Source: an uncultured Bacteroidales bacterium | GTDB taxonomy: Bacteria > Bacteroidota > Bacteroidia > Bacteroidales > P3 | Assembly (NCBI GenBank): GCA_900321975.1 | Contig: ONYC01000179.1 | Coordinates: 1 to 39,592 of the forward strand | Reading direction: 5' to 3' | DNA: 39,592 nt | In this document: positions 27,305 through 36,048 of the stretch, one piece after another | Layout: every line of letters begins with the position of its first letter | Numbering within the stretch: position 1 is the stretch's first letter | The notes under the pieces: generated by a model | Databases searched by the model: none | Told to the model about the DNA's origin: nothing | What the model saw: only the letters and a program-made list of their open reading frames with translations | Translations under genes and position numbers: made by a program

Positions 27305-28149
27305 AAAACTTCTGGGTACGCGCTGCAAGCGCAGTGGTCTATGTAGCCCTGTTCATCGGATGCATCTACAGCGGCGACCTGCTGAAGAACCGCTTACTCG
27401 GCGGTATTATCTTCACCGCCTTCCTTCTTTTTGTAGCCTGTGGCTGCACTTTCGAATTTTTCCGTATTGTCGGCAAGCAGGGAGCCACCCCTTGCCGTCC
27501 ATTGGGCTATGCCTATACCGTGATAGCCCTGCTTTCGCTGACTGGTATTTCTGCCTTCAGCAGCAATATTGGCTACGCCATGTTCGGCATAGCCATGACC
27601 CTTCTCCCCGCCGCTTTCGGCCTCGCCGCGATTATCCAACTATGGAACCATAGCGAGCAACCCTTCCGCGATGCGGCATACACCATGGTTCCTATGCTTT
27701 ATGCCGCCATCCCCCTTGGATTGATGCCACTGCTGCACGTGAGTTACAATGTCTTGGTGATGGTGCTTATTATGGTCTGGATGAACGACAACGGCGCATA
27801 TATGGGCGGTTCGCTGCTTGGCAAGCACAAGATGTGGGAGCGCCATTCCCCGGGAAAGACATGGGAAGGCACTGCTATAGGTGTGCTTTTCACCCTGGCC
27901 ACAGCCATATTCGTCGGTCCGCTGTTCAATTCCGATATCGCGTGGTATCATTGGCTGGTGCTCGGTCTTATCTGCAGCGTAATCGACACTCTGGGCGACT
28001 TGGTCGAAAGCATGCTCAAGCGCTCTGTCGGCATGAAGGACAGCGGCAAGATAATGCCCGGCCATGGAGGCTTCCTCGACCGGTTCGACAGCCTTCTCAT
28101 CGCCACTCCCTTCGTATTTGTTTATCTTGCCCTTATCGTCCACGTATGA
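27301..28149 (+). CDS. cdsA: Phosphatidate cytidylyltransferase
   Basis: The signature is SMLKRSVGMKDSGKIMPGHGGFLDRFDS in a polytopic protein. Its ATG overlaps the ftsH stop as ATGA. Confidence 0.9.
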   Translation: MKNFWVRAASAVVYVALFIGCIYSGDLLKNRLLGGIIFTAFLLFVACGCTFEFFRIVGKQGATPCRPLGYAYTVIALLSLTGISAFSSNIGYAMFGIAMTLLPAAFGLAAIIQLWNHSEQPFRDAAYTMVPMLYAAIPLGLMPLLHVSYNVLVMVLIMVWMNDNGAYMGGSLLGKHKMWERHSPGKTWEGTAIGVLFTLATAIFVGPLFNSDIAWYHWLVLGLICSVIDTLGDLVESMLKRSVGMKDSGKIMPGHGGFLDRFDSLLIATPFVFVYLALIVHV

Positions 28150-28826
28150 CCATCGCCGACCAAATACTCTACGAGGACAACCACCTGCTGGCCATCAACA
28201 AATTGCCTGGCCAGATAACGCAGGGCGACAAGACAGGCGACCCCTGCCTGGCCGACCTCGTCAAAGAGTACATCAAGGTCCGCGACAACAAGCCCGGCCA
28301 GGTCTACTGCGGTGTCATCCATCGCCTCGACCGTCCGGTAAGTGGGGTTGTGCTGCTTGCGAAAACCTCCAAAGCACTGAGTCGTATGGTTGAGAAGGTG
28401 CGCACCCGCGATTTCGAGAAGCACTACTGGGCCGTTGTCCGCAACGCCCCGCCCAAGGAAGCCGACGTGCTTGAGAATTGGCTCATCAAGATCGAGGAAC
28501 GCAACAAAAGCTATGTAGTCTCCTCCGGGCGCCCCAATGCCAAACTGGCCCGCCTCGAATATCATACAGTTGCTGTCAGCGATGGCGGATACCACCTGCT
28601 CGACATAAATCTGCATACCGGCCGGCACCATCAGATCCGCTGCCAGCTGGCCAACATCGGATGTCCTATCAAGGGCGACCTCAAATATGGTGCACCTCGC
28701 AGCAACCCCGATGGTAGCATCACTCTCCACGCACACACAGTCAGCTTTGAGCATCCGGTCACCCACCTTCCAATAACCATTACCGCACCAAATATCGAAA
28801 TCGAAAAAATGTTCAATATAAAATGA
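28146..28826 (+). CDS. RluA-family pseudouridine synthase
   Basis: The catalytic motif is HRLDRPVSGVVLLAKT, with TGRHHQIRCQLA also present. The start is taken at the ATGA overlap with cdsA. The longer ORF-track start at 27834 lies inside cdsA. Confidence 0.85.
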   Translation: MTIADQILYEDNHLLAINKLPGQITQGDKTGDPCLADLVKEYIKVRDNKPGQVYCGVIHRLDRPVSGVVLLAKTSKALSRMVEKVRTRDFEKHYWAVVRNAPPKEADVLENWLIKIEERNKSYVVSSGRPNAKLARLEYHTVAVSDGGYHLLDINLHTGRHHQIRCQLANIGCPIKGDLKYGAPRSNPDGSITLHAHTVSFEHPVTHLPITITAPNIEIEKMFNIK

Positions 28827-31144
28827 AAAAGACACAAATCATTTTTGCCATACTTGCATTGGCAACAACCAACGTCTTTGCACAACGTGTCGACGAAGAC
28901 AATTTCTCACGTCTTCGTGTACACTACCAAACCGAGGACTTTACAATCAACAAGGCCATGGTCGACGGCGGCACCTATTGCACGCTCAACATCGGCGACT
29001 ATCTATCCGGCGGCGAGATCGGAGCCCCTGCCCTACCCCAGCTCGGTTCCATCATCGAGGTCCCCGTATGTAAAGGTTTTACCGTCAAAATCGAGAATGC
29101 AATCTTCGACACCGTGAGCCTCACACTGCCAGTGATGCCCATGCAGCCAAGCATCTGCAAGAGCGACACCAGGAAACACAGCCTTGTCATAGACAACAGC
29201 GTTTACTCTACCGATGGATTCGTCGGCAGTGAACTGGCCGAGGTGGAGTATATCGGCGTTGCCCGCGACCGTAATATCGCACGTCTGGTATTCTCGCCCG
29301 TCAAGGTGAACCCCGTACAAGGCAAGGCCGTCATATGCCGAAGCGCAGACATCACTGTCTATTATGAGGGCTCCGACGAAGCTGCGACCATCGACCTCTT
29401 CAGGCGCTACTACACTCCAGCCTACAGCATCGGTACCATACTCAACAACCTCCTCTCGCCCAAATATGTCTCCAACGCCACTCCGGTGCGTATGGCCGTG
29501 CTGACCCACAGCTCGCTGAAATGCAACAAGCTGGACGAATTCCTCTCGTGGAAGCGACAGCAGGGTCTCCGTGTAGATGTCTACTATATCGACGAAATTG
29601 GCATTCTCTCCACCGCCGCCATCGCTTCGATGCTTACCGATCTCTACACCAATGCCTCCGAGTCCAACCCCGCCCCCGCCTATCTTCTTATCATCGGCGA
29701 TGTGGCCCAGGTACCGGTCCATGCCAGCAAGATATCCGGTAGCAGCTATATCTATAACGACCACTACACCGACCTCTACTACAGCACATGGTCGAGCGGC
29801 GACAAGATCCCCGACTGTTACTACGGCCGCATCTCCGCCACCGATGTTTCCACCCTCAACAATATCCTCCACAAAACCCTCTACTACGAGCGCTACCAGT
29901 TCTCCGACGACAGCTATCTGGCCCGCGCTGCTCTCATCGCCGGCGTCGACCAATCGTGGGGCAACAACACCAACGACAACGCCTATACCTATGCCGACCC
30001 CGCAATGGATTATATCGCCTCGTTCTACGTAAACCACGCCAACGGCTACGATTCCGTTACCTATTATAAAAACCGCACAAGTTTCACCCCCAACAACATC
30101 CCCGTTACCGGAAGCTGCCGCTCATCCTCGACCGCCAACACCCTGCGCAACTACTACAACGACGGTGCTGGATGGATCAACTACAGTGCCCACGGCGACT
30201 GGAACGAATGGTCGATTCCGGAATTCAACGTGAGCCACGCCAACTCGATGTCCAACAACGGCATGCCTTCGTTTATGATTGGCAACTGCTGCCTCTCGAA
30301 CAAGTTCGACAAAGGGACCTGCCTCGGCGAAGCCCTTCTTCGCAAAGGCAGCAATGCCGGTGCCATCGGCTATATCGGCGGCTCTAACTACACCTACTGG
30401 AGCGAGGACTTCTACTGGGCCGTCGGCCTGCGCAACAATATCAGCGGCACAATGACCCCGACCTATAACTCCAACAACCTCGGCGCCTACGACCGCCTCT
30501 TCCACACCCACAACGAAGCCCTAAATACCACCGCCAACACCGCCGCCAAGATGATGTTCTACGGCAATATGGCCGTGCAGAGTTCCGGCAGCAGCTTCAC
30601 TCAGTACTATTGGGAAATTTACCATCTTATGGGCGACCCGACCCTCATGCCTTGGCTCGGCCGAGCCGAGGATCCTTACGTTGTGATCAACGATGCCGGC
30701 TCCGCCATCTATATCGGAACCATACGCGGCGCCTATGTGGCTGTGGTCGACCCCGACAACGAGATGAATGTAGTGGCCGCCACCTTCGCCGACGCCAGCG
30801 GCAACGCCACCCTCTCGGTACCTGCCGACCATTCGTCGATGATGCTTTCCGTTACCGTCCAGGGACACAAACCCTACCACTACCGCTTCAACAACCTCGG
30901 CATCGCCGATGCCAATATGGTCAATGCCGAAATATGGCCCAACCCTGCCATCGGCAGCTGCCAGGTGGCTTGCAAGGGTATGCAGAGCATCAGCATCACC
31001 AACAGCCTGGGTCAGACAGTTCGCACCATCGCCGCTCAAGGCGACAACACCACCATCGACCTGCAAGGCCTCGCCAACGGCATCTATATTCTCCGCATTG
31101 CCACCGAGCACGGTATCGCAACCAAGAAACTCATCGTCAGGTAA
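28823..31144 (+). CDS. Peptidase family C25 (gingipain-like cysteine protease) with T9SS C-terminal sorting domain
   Basis: It has a signal peptide and a propeptide-like N-terminus. The His region is NYSAHGDWNEW and the Cys region is FMIGNCCLS. The C-terminal WPNPA...GIYILRIATEHGIATKKLIVR fits a T9SS CTD. Confidence 0.85.
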   Translation: MKKTQIIFAILALATTNVFAQRVDEDNFSRLRVHYQTEDFTINKAMVDGGTYCTLNIGDYLSGGEIGAPALPQLGSIIEVPVCKGFTVKIENAIFDTVSLTLPVMPMQPSICKSDTRKHSLVIDNSVYSTDGFVGSELAEVEYIGVARDRNIARLVFSPVKVNPVQGKAVICRSADITVYYEGSDEAATIDLFRRYYTPAYSIGTILNNLLSPKYVSNATPVRMAVLTHSSLKCNKLDEFLSWKRQQGLRVDVYYIDEIGILSTAAIASMLTDLYTNASESNPAPAYLLIIGDVAQVPVHASKISGSSYIYNDHYTDLYYSTWSSGDKIPDCYYGRISATDVSTLNNILHKTLYYERYQFSDDSYLARAALIAGVDQSWGNNTNDNAYTYADPAMDYIASFYVNHANGYDSVTYYKNRTSFTPNNIPVTGSCRSSSTANTLRNYYNDGAGWINYSAHGDWNEWSIPEFNVSHANSMSNNGMPSFMIGNCCLSNKFDKGTCLGEALLRKGSNAGAIGYIGGSNYTYWSEDFYWAVGLRNNISGTMTPTYNSNNLGAYDRLFHTHNEALNTTANTAAKMMFYGNMAVQSSGSSFTQYYWEIYHLMGDPTLMPWLGRAEDPYVVINDAGSAIYIGTIRGAYVAVVDPDNEMNVVAATFADASGNATLSVPADHSSMMLSVTVQGHKPYHYRFNNLGIADANMVNAEIWPNPAIGSCQVACKGMQSISITNSLGQTVRTIAAQGDNTTIDLQGLANGIYILRIATEHGIATKKLIVR

Positions 31145-31161
31145 ACCTCCTGCATCATAAA

Positions 31162-31197
31162 AAGAAGCCCCGCGTCCGGATGGACGCGGGGCTTCTT
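31162..31197. terminator. Bidirectional rho-independent terminator
   Basis: A 16-bp stem AAGAAGCCCCGCGTCC/GGACGCGGGGCTTCTT with loop GGAT has an A-run before and a T-run after. It lies between convergent genes. Confidence 0.85.
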
Positions 31198-31230
31198 TTT
31201 ATATATAAAATAACCCTTAACCACTATGTC

Positions 31231-32631
31231 TTAATAACCAAGAATCTTCAGCATCGACTTGTAGCTCTGCTCCTTGGCGAAGAGTTTAGTGGTGTATTCG
31301 CCGTCGGCATCTTTGTCGATAATCACATGCTTGGGAGCGGGAATCAGGCAGTGCTGGATACCACCGTAACCACCGATGCTCTCCTGGTAGGCACCTGTGT
31401 GGAAGAATCCGATATAAAGAGGATCGTCCTTCTGCAACTTGGGCAGGAAGATGGCGTTGGCATGGGAATCGGCGTTGTAGTAATCCTCACTGTCACAGGT
31501 CAATCCACCAAGGAACACCCGCTGGTACTCGCTGTCCCAATGGTTGATCGGGAGCATGATGAAACGCTGGTTGATACCCCATGTGTCGGGAAGGGTGGTG
31601 ATGAAACTCGAGTCGATCATATACCACAACTCGCGGTCGTTCTGCTGCTTCTGGTCGAGGATGCTATAGAGTGTGGCGCCACTTTCGCCCACCGTGAAGC
31701 TTCCGAACTCGGTGAAGATGTCCGGCTCGTCGACACCGCGTTGGGTGCAGATGTTCTTTATCTGGGCAAGAATCTCCTCGGCCATATATTCATAGTCGTA
31801 GTTGGCTGCAAGACTCACTTTGCTCGGGAAGCCTCCGCCGATATTCAGCGAATCCAACTCGGGGCAGACGCGCTTCAGGTCGCAATACACATTCACGCAC
31901 TTTGCCAATTCGTTCCAGTAGTAGGCCGTGTCGCGGATACCCGTATTGATAAAGAAATGAAGCATCTTGAAGCGGAACTTCGGATTCGACTTCACCTGCT
32001 CTTCGTAGAAACTCACAATATCATTATATCGGATTCCCAATCGCGAAGTGTAGAAATCGAACTTAGGTTCCTCCTCAGAGGCAATCCGGATACCGAGATA
32101 CATCGGTTCTTTAGCCTCTTCGAGAGTGCTGTCGAGCGTGCGGAACTCGTTCTTGTTGTCGAGAACGGGTATCACATTATGGAACCCTTCGTTGAATATA
32201 TCAACGATATTTTCGATATACTGGTCTTTCTTAAAACCATTGCACACAATCACTTTATCCTTGTCGATCAGCCCCTGGGCATGCAGTTCCTGAATCAGAT
32301 TGATATCGAAAGCCGACGATGTCTCGAGGTTGATATCATTCTTCAGTGCCTCCTCTAGCACGAACGCAAAGTGACTGCTCTTGGTGCAGTAGCAATAATT
32401 GTAAGTACCCTTGTAGTCGGTCTTTGCGATAGCCACATTGAACAGACGCTTGGCGCGCTGGATCTGCGAACTTATCTTCGGCAAATATGTAATTTTCAAC
32501 GGAGTACCATATTGCTTGATAATCTCCATCAGCGGAATATCATGAAAGTAGAGCTCTCCGTCCTCGGTGCGGAATTCATCCTGCGGAAAATCGAACGTCT
32601 GGTCGATTAAGTCATAATACTTGTTTTTCAT
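31231..32631 (-). CDS. Type III PLP-dependent decarboxylase (Orn/DAP/Arg decarboxylase fold), likely the short Bacteroidota-type arginine decarboxylase
   Basis: The N-terminus is YGTPLKITYLP. The Lys region is YCYCTKSSHF, with NIGGGFP and a CDSEDY-type C-terminal block. It resembles the ~465-aa arginine decarboxylases annotated in Flavobacteriia, from memory. Confidence 0.65.
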   Translation of the reverse strand: MKNKYYDLIDQTFDFPQDEFRTEDGELYFHDIPLMEIIKQYGTPLKITYLPKISSQIQRAKRLFNVAIAKTDYKGTYNYCYCTKSSHFAFVLEEALKNDINLETSSAFDINLIQELHAQGLIDKDKVIVCNGFKKDQYIENIVDIFNEGFHNVIPVLDNKNEFRTLDSTLEEAKEPMYLGIRIASEEEPKFDFYTSRLGIRYNDIVSFYEEQVKSNPKFRFKMLHFFINTGIRDTAYYWNELAKCVNVYCDLKRVCPELDSLNIGGGFPSKVSLAANYDYEYMAEEILAQIKNICTQRGVDEPDIFTEFGSFTVGESGATLYSILDQKQQNDRELWYMIDSSFITTLPDTWGINQRFIMLPINHWDSEYQRVFLGGLTCDSEDYYNADSHANAIFLPKLQKDDPLYIGFFHTGAYQESIGGYGGIQHCLIPAPKHVIIDKDADGEYTTKLFAKEQSYKSMLKILGY

Positions 32632-32692
32632 AACAACCGATTTAGTTAGTTTACAATATTTTTACCAATCCGACCGACTCGGATTTGAAATG

Positions 32693-32700
32693 CAAATATA
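32693..32700 (-). promoter_or_regulatory. Bacteroidota -7 promoter box TATATTTG for the decarboxylase gene
   Basis: The reverse complement of CAAATATA is an exact TAnnTTTG match about 62 nt upstream of the ATG at 32631. Confidence 0.5.
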
Positions 32701-32897
32701 CAACTAAAACGATTAAATTACAAAAAAGTTTCAAAAATCACACACAAATATACAAAAACAATTCCGCCGGTGCCGAATGCGGACGTTGGTTTCATTTATT
32801 TTCAAGCGCCGCCGGTTCACGATTATCAACATTCGAAAAAACAAATAAGCCCGCTTCAAAAAGAAGACAAATACCTGTTTTTAACATCTCACCGCCT

Positions 32898-33039
32898 ATC
32901 GTTTTTCGATACATCTTCGATCGTTCTTCGATCGTTCTTCGATTCGAATCGAAGAACGATCGAAGAACAATCGAAGAACAATCGAAGAACGATCGAAGAA
33001 CGGTGGTAGTTGATAGGTAGAGGATAGGTAGTTGATACG
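32898..33039. repeat. Composite 11-bp-phased palindromic element, copy 2
   Basis: The TTCGAA centre is at 32943-32948. Positions 32898-32945 pair with 32946-32993, with the inner 23 bp perfect and the outer part carrying 4 mismatches plus 1 T.G. TCGAAGAAC starts at 32949, 32960, 32971, 32982 and 32993. GATAGG is at 33012 and 33023, and GATACG at 33034. Orientation and the 19-nt offset to the tail match copy 1. Confidence 0.9.
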
Positions 33040-33306
33040 TAGAATCAGGCAGTTGCGAAACCGCCAAAAACGTCGTTATTGCCCTCAAATGTCAAATAAT
33101 AGTTAAATTCTAACCCGGAATGTTAAAATTCCATCAACGCACAATCATTCCGAGTATCAAGACGGAAACGGACGGCTCCGCCAGAAACTGCACCTGCACA
33201 AACCACCAAGACCATTTTTTTGCCGGATGCTTAGAAGCACATATGTTATAAATCGAGAAGGTTTGTCGCACAATAAAATGGGAATTGCAGCGTTATTGCA
33301 TTTGTT

Positions 33307-33831
33307 ATGACGAAGACGATATACCTGGCCGCCGGATGCTTCTGGGGGGCGCAGCACTACCTGAAGCAGATTCGCGGCATTGTAAACACCACCACAGGGT
33401 TCGCCAATGGCGACGACCCGGAAAAGAACCCCACCTACGAGGAGGTCTACACCGACCAGACGGGCTACGCCGAGACGGTGATGGTGGAATACGATCCCGA
33501 GCGGCTTCCGCTGCGCAAGTTGCTGGAACTCTATTTCATGAGCATCGACCCCACGTCGGTGAACCAGCAGGGCGAGGACAGCGGAACACGCTACCGCACA
33601 GGCATCTACTATATCGACCAGGCCGACTACCCGACGATTATGGAAGTCTACCGCAACGTGCAGCACGGCTACAGCAGCCCGCTGGCCGTCGAAGTGGAGC
33701 CCTTGAAGGTCTTCCATCCGGCATCGGAGTACCACCAGGACTACCTGGAGAAGCACCCTGACGGCTACTGCCACCTGCCCGAGGCATTGTTCGAATTCGC
33801 CAGAAAATCAAATGCTGACAACCTATATTAA
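33307..33831 (+). CDS. msrA: Peptide-methionine (S)-S-oxide reductase
   Basis: It has the active-site motif YLAAGCFWG plus the conserved blocks TGYAETV, DPT and YHQDYL. Confidence 0.9.
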   Translation: MTKTIYLAAGCFWGAQHYLKQIRGIVNTTTGFANGDDPEKNPTYEEVYTDQTGYAETVMVEYDPERLPLRKLLELYFMSIDPTSVNQQGEDSGTRYRTGIYYIDQADYPTIMEVYRNVQHGYSSPLAVEVEPLKVFHPASEYHQDYLEKHPDGYCHLPEALFEFARKSNADNLY

Positions 33832-33874
33832 CAACCTAGAAGTTGCGCCCGACACGAACAAGGGTAAAAGAATC

Positions 33875-34399
33875 ATGAAAAAAGCATTATTGACTATCGC
33901 CATCGTTGCCGTTGCAACACTCTCGCTCACCGGCTGTGCCAAAGAACCCGACCTGAGCGGTTATGCCACCGTCGAACAGCTCAACGCATTACAGCAGCAG
34001 CTCGACAATATGGAGCAGACCAAACTCTATCAGTTCACCGTCACCTTCCCTGCCGTTACCGACGCATATTTCAGCGAGGTTCGCTACACCGGCCTCAGCG
34101 GAAAGCTGAGAAGATCTGATGCCCTTTTGCTTTACATGTCGTGGGACGGCGAATGGATGCAGATGCCGTTCTGCTACGGTAACAACACCCTCAACTATCT
34201 GCGTACCGACGACGGCATGATCGACTTCGCGTGGGGCCGCTCACTTTACCAGACCTTCACTCAAGAGGCCATGACCCCCACCATACGCGCAATTGTGATT
34301 CCTTCGCATGTCATCAATGCGAAAGCAATCGAAAAGCTCAGCTATGACGAGGCCCTGACTTTGGCCGGCCTCGCCGAGAGCGATATTACAGTCCTATAA
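33875..34399 (+). CDS. Hypothetical lipoprotein
   Basis: MKKALLTIAIVAVATLSLTGC provides a lipobox. The start is taken at the internal Met rather than ORF-track 33812. I recognise no family. Confidence 0.65.
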   Translation: MKKALLTIAIVAVATLSLTGCAKEPDLSGYATVEQLNALQQQLDNMEQTKLYQFTVTFPAVTDAYFSEVRYTGLSGKLRRSDALLLYMSWDGEWMQMPFCYGNNTLNYLRTDDGMIDFAWGRSLYQTFTQEAMTPTIRAIVIPSHVINAKAIEKLSYDEALTLAGLAESDITVL

Positions 34400-34431
34400 T
34401 CGCTAGTATCCAGAACGATAGACAAGCAGCA

Positions 34432-34469
34432 AAGGTCATCGTCGCGACGATGGCCTTTGTTATTTTTTC
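34432..34469 (+). terminator. Rho-independent terminator after the lipoprotein gene
   Basis: The stem AAGGTCATCGTCG/CGACGATGGCCTT (one G.U) is followed by TGTTATTTTTT. Confidence 0.65.
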
Positions 34470-34486
34470 TAAAAAAAGCATATTGT

Positions 34487-34519
34487 TTTGCTTGGATTGA
34501 AAAAAAGTGCGTATCTTTG
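34487..34519 (+). promoter_or_regulatory. Bacteroidota promoter (-33 TTTG and -7 TATCTTTG) driving tRNA-Leu
   Basis: TTTG at 34487-34490 and TATCTTTG at 34512-34519 are separated by 21 nt. No other promoter-like box lies before the tRNA. Confidence 0.6.
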
Positions 34520-34611
34520 CACCCGTTTTGCTCAGAGCGGACAAAGCGAGAGTTCTACATTTCCAACCCAATAAACCGAAATGATTCATTCGGATGATTC
34601 GGTTTGAGACA

Positions 34612-34693
34612 GCGGATATGGCGTAATTGGTAGCCGCGCAAGACTTAGGATCTTGTTCCGAGAGGAGTGGGGGTTCGAGCCCCCCTATCCGCA
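34612..34693 (+). tRNA. tRNA-Leu, anticodon UAG (type II, long variable arm)
   Basis: The acceptor stem is GCGGATA/TATCCGC. The anticodon stem is CAAGA/TCTTG with loop CTTAGGA. The variable arm is TTCCGAGAGGAGTG and the T-arm is GGGGG-TTCGAGC-CCCCC, with discriminator A. No CCA is encoded. The 3' end is +/-1 nt because I could not settle the C-run length by eye. Confidence 0.9.
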
Positions 34694-34701
34694 CAGATAA
34701 A

Positions 34702-36036
34702 ATGAAAAGCAAGAAGCTGATAACAGGAAGATTGGGCAATCCCGACGGCCTCCGCTACACCAGGCGGAGCGTCCTTCTTGTTCTCCATTTTTCACTTTTT
34801 ATTTTTTTATACGCGCAGGCGCAGGCGACATATATCGTTATCCCGATGGACGAAGTGCAGCAGAACCACCTGAAAGCCTACGGCGTGGCCTACTGGGCGC
34901 TGGAGCGCGAGGCCGAGGTCACGTGGCTGCTCAACTACCGGGGCGGCTCGTTCATGACCAAATATGCCGAAGGGCTGGAGCGCGAATGCAGACTGCGCGG
35001 CGTTACATGCGAGGTGATTGCCGACGGGCAGAGTTCGGCCATACTCAGCCATATCGCCGACCCGGCTGTGAACATGGACGCCGTGAGGCTGCAGAAAGCC
35101 CCGAAGATAGCGGTCTATTCGCCAAAGAACAAACTGCCGTGGGACGACGCCGTCACACTGGTGCTCACCTACGCCGAGATACCCTACGACGTGGTGTACG
35201 ACGAAGAGGTTATGGCCGGAGTGCTCCCCACCTACGACTGGCTGCACCTGCACCACGAAGACTTCACCGGCCAGTTCGGCAAATTCTGGGCAAACTACCG
35301 CAGCCAGCAATGGTATATCGAGGATGTTCGCCAGCAGGAGGCTATGGCTGCCAAGCTGGGCTTCAGCAAGGTGAGCCTTCTGAAGCTGGCCGTTGCCAAG
35401 AAAATACGCGACTTTGTGAGCGGCGGCGGATTCCTCTTCGCTATGTGCTCGGCTCCCGACAGCTACGACGTGGCCCTTGCCGCCGAAGGGGTGGACATCT
35501 GCGCCGAGATGTTCGACGGCGACCCCATGCAGCCCAATGCACAGGAGGCTTTGGACTTCAACCGCTGCTTCGCTTTCAAAGACTTCCGCATCAGCACGAA
35601 TCCCAGCGAATACGAAATATCGACCATCGACATCGACGACCGCAGCCGGACAAGGCTGGTGAACGAGAAGACCGACTTCTTCGTGCTCTTCGACTTCTCG
35701 GCCAAATGGGACTGGATACCCACCATGCTCACACAGAACCACAGCCGCGTGGTGCATGGTTTCATGGGGCAGACGACCGCCTTCCGCCGCGAGACGGTGA
35801 AAAGCGGATGCGTGATCCTGGCCGAGAACAAAGAGCTGGGCGAGGTGCGCTACCTTCATGGCGAATATGGCAAAGGGACCTGGACATTCCTCGGCGGGCA
35901 CGACCCCGAAGACTACCGCCACTTCGTAGGCGATCCGCCCACCGACCTTTCGCTCTATCCCAATTCGCCCGGATACCGGCTCATCCTCAACAACATACTT
36001 TTCCCAGCAGCAAAGAAAGAAAAACATAAAACCTGA
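34702..36036 (+). CDS. Exported hypothetical protein, possibly class-I glutamine-amidotransferase-like/ThuA-like fold
   Basis: The signal peptide is RRSVLLVLHFSLFIFLYAQAQA. GGGFLFAMCSAP is reminiscent of a nucleophile-elbow Cys. The start is the first ATG after the tRNA, since the ORF-track start at 34627 lies inside the tRNA. The function is uncertain. Confidence 0.7.
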   Translation: MKSKKLITGRLGNPDGLRYTRRSVLLVLHFSLFIFLYAQAQATYIVIPMDEVQQNHLKAYGVAYWALEREAEVTWLLNYRGGSFMTKYAEGLERECRLRGVTCEVIADGQSSAILSHIADPAVNMDAVRLQKAPKIAVYSPKNKLPWDDAVTLVLTYAEIPYDVVYDEEVMAGVLPTYDWLHLHHEDFTGQFGKFWANYRSQQWYIEDVRQQEAMAAKLGFSKVSLLKLAVAKKIRDFVSGGGFLFAMCSAPDSYDVALAAEGVDICAEMFDGDPMQPNAQEALDFNRCFAFKDFRISTNPSEYEISTIDIDDRSRTRLVNEKTDFFVLFDFSAKWDWIPTMLTQNHSRVVHGFMGQTTAFRRETVKSGCVILAENKELGEVRYLHGEYGKGTWTFLGGHDPEDYRHFVGDPPTDLSLYPNSPGYRLILNNILFPAAKKEKHKT

Positions 36037-36048
36037 TTTGGTAAGACC

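Noticed and set aside
30610-32358. 582-aa plus-strand ORF spanning the end of the C25 peptidase gene, the terminator and the decarboxylase gene
   Set aside because: It reads out of frame through the peptidase, straight across a 16-bp-stem terminator, and antisense to a well-supported PLP decarboxylase. The composition is Arg/His/Gln-rich and non-protein-like.
34680-34861. Apparent 1-nt offset between my manual reading of the printed sequence and the ORF track: one C fewer in the tRNA T-arm C-run near 34680-34685 and one extra C near 34860
   Set aside because: ORFs on both strands in the track (34627-36036, 34386-34739, 34807-36393), a canonical 5-bp T-stem and an intact CDS all agree with the track version. 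I assume a hand-reading error on homopolymer runs and flag coordinates in this interval as +/-1 nt. I do not call a frameshift or pseudogene.
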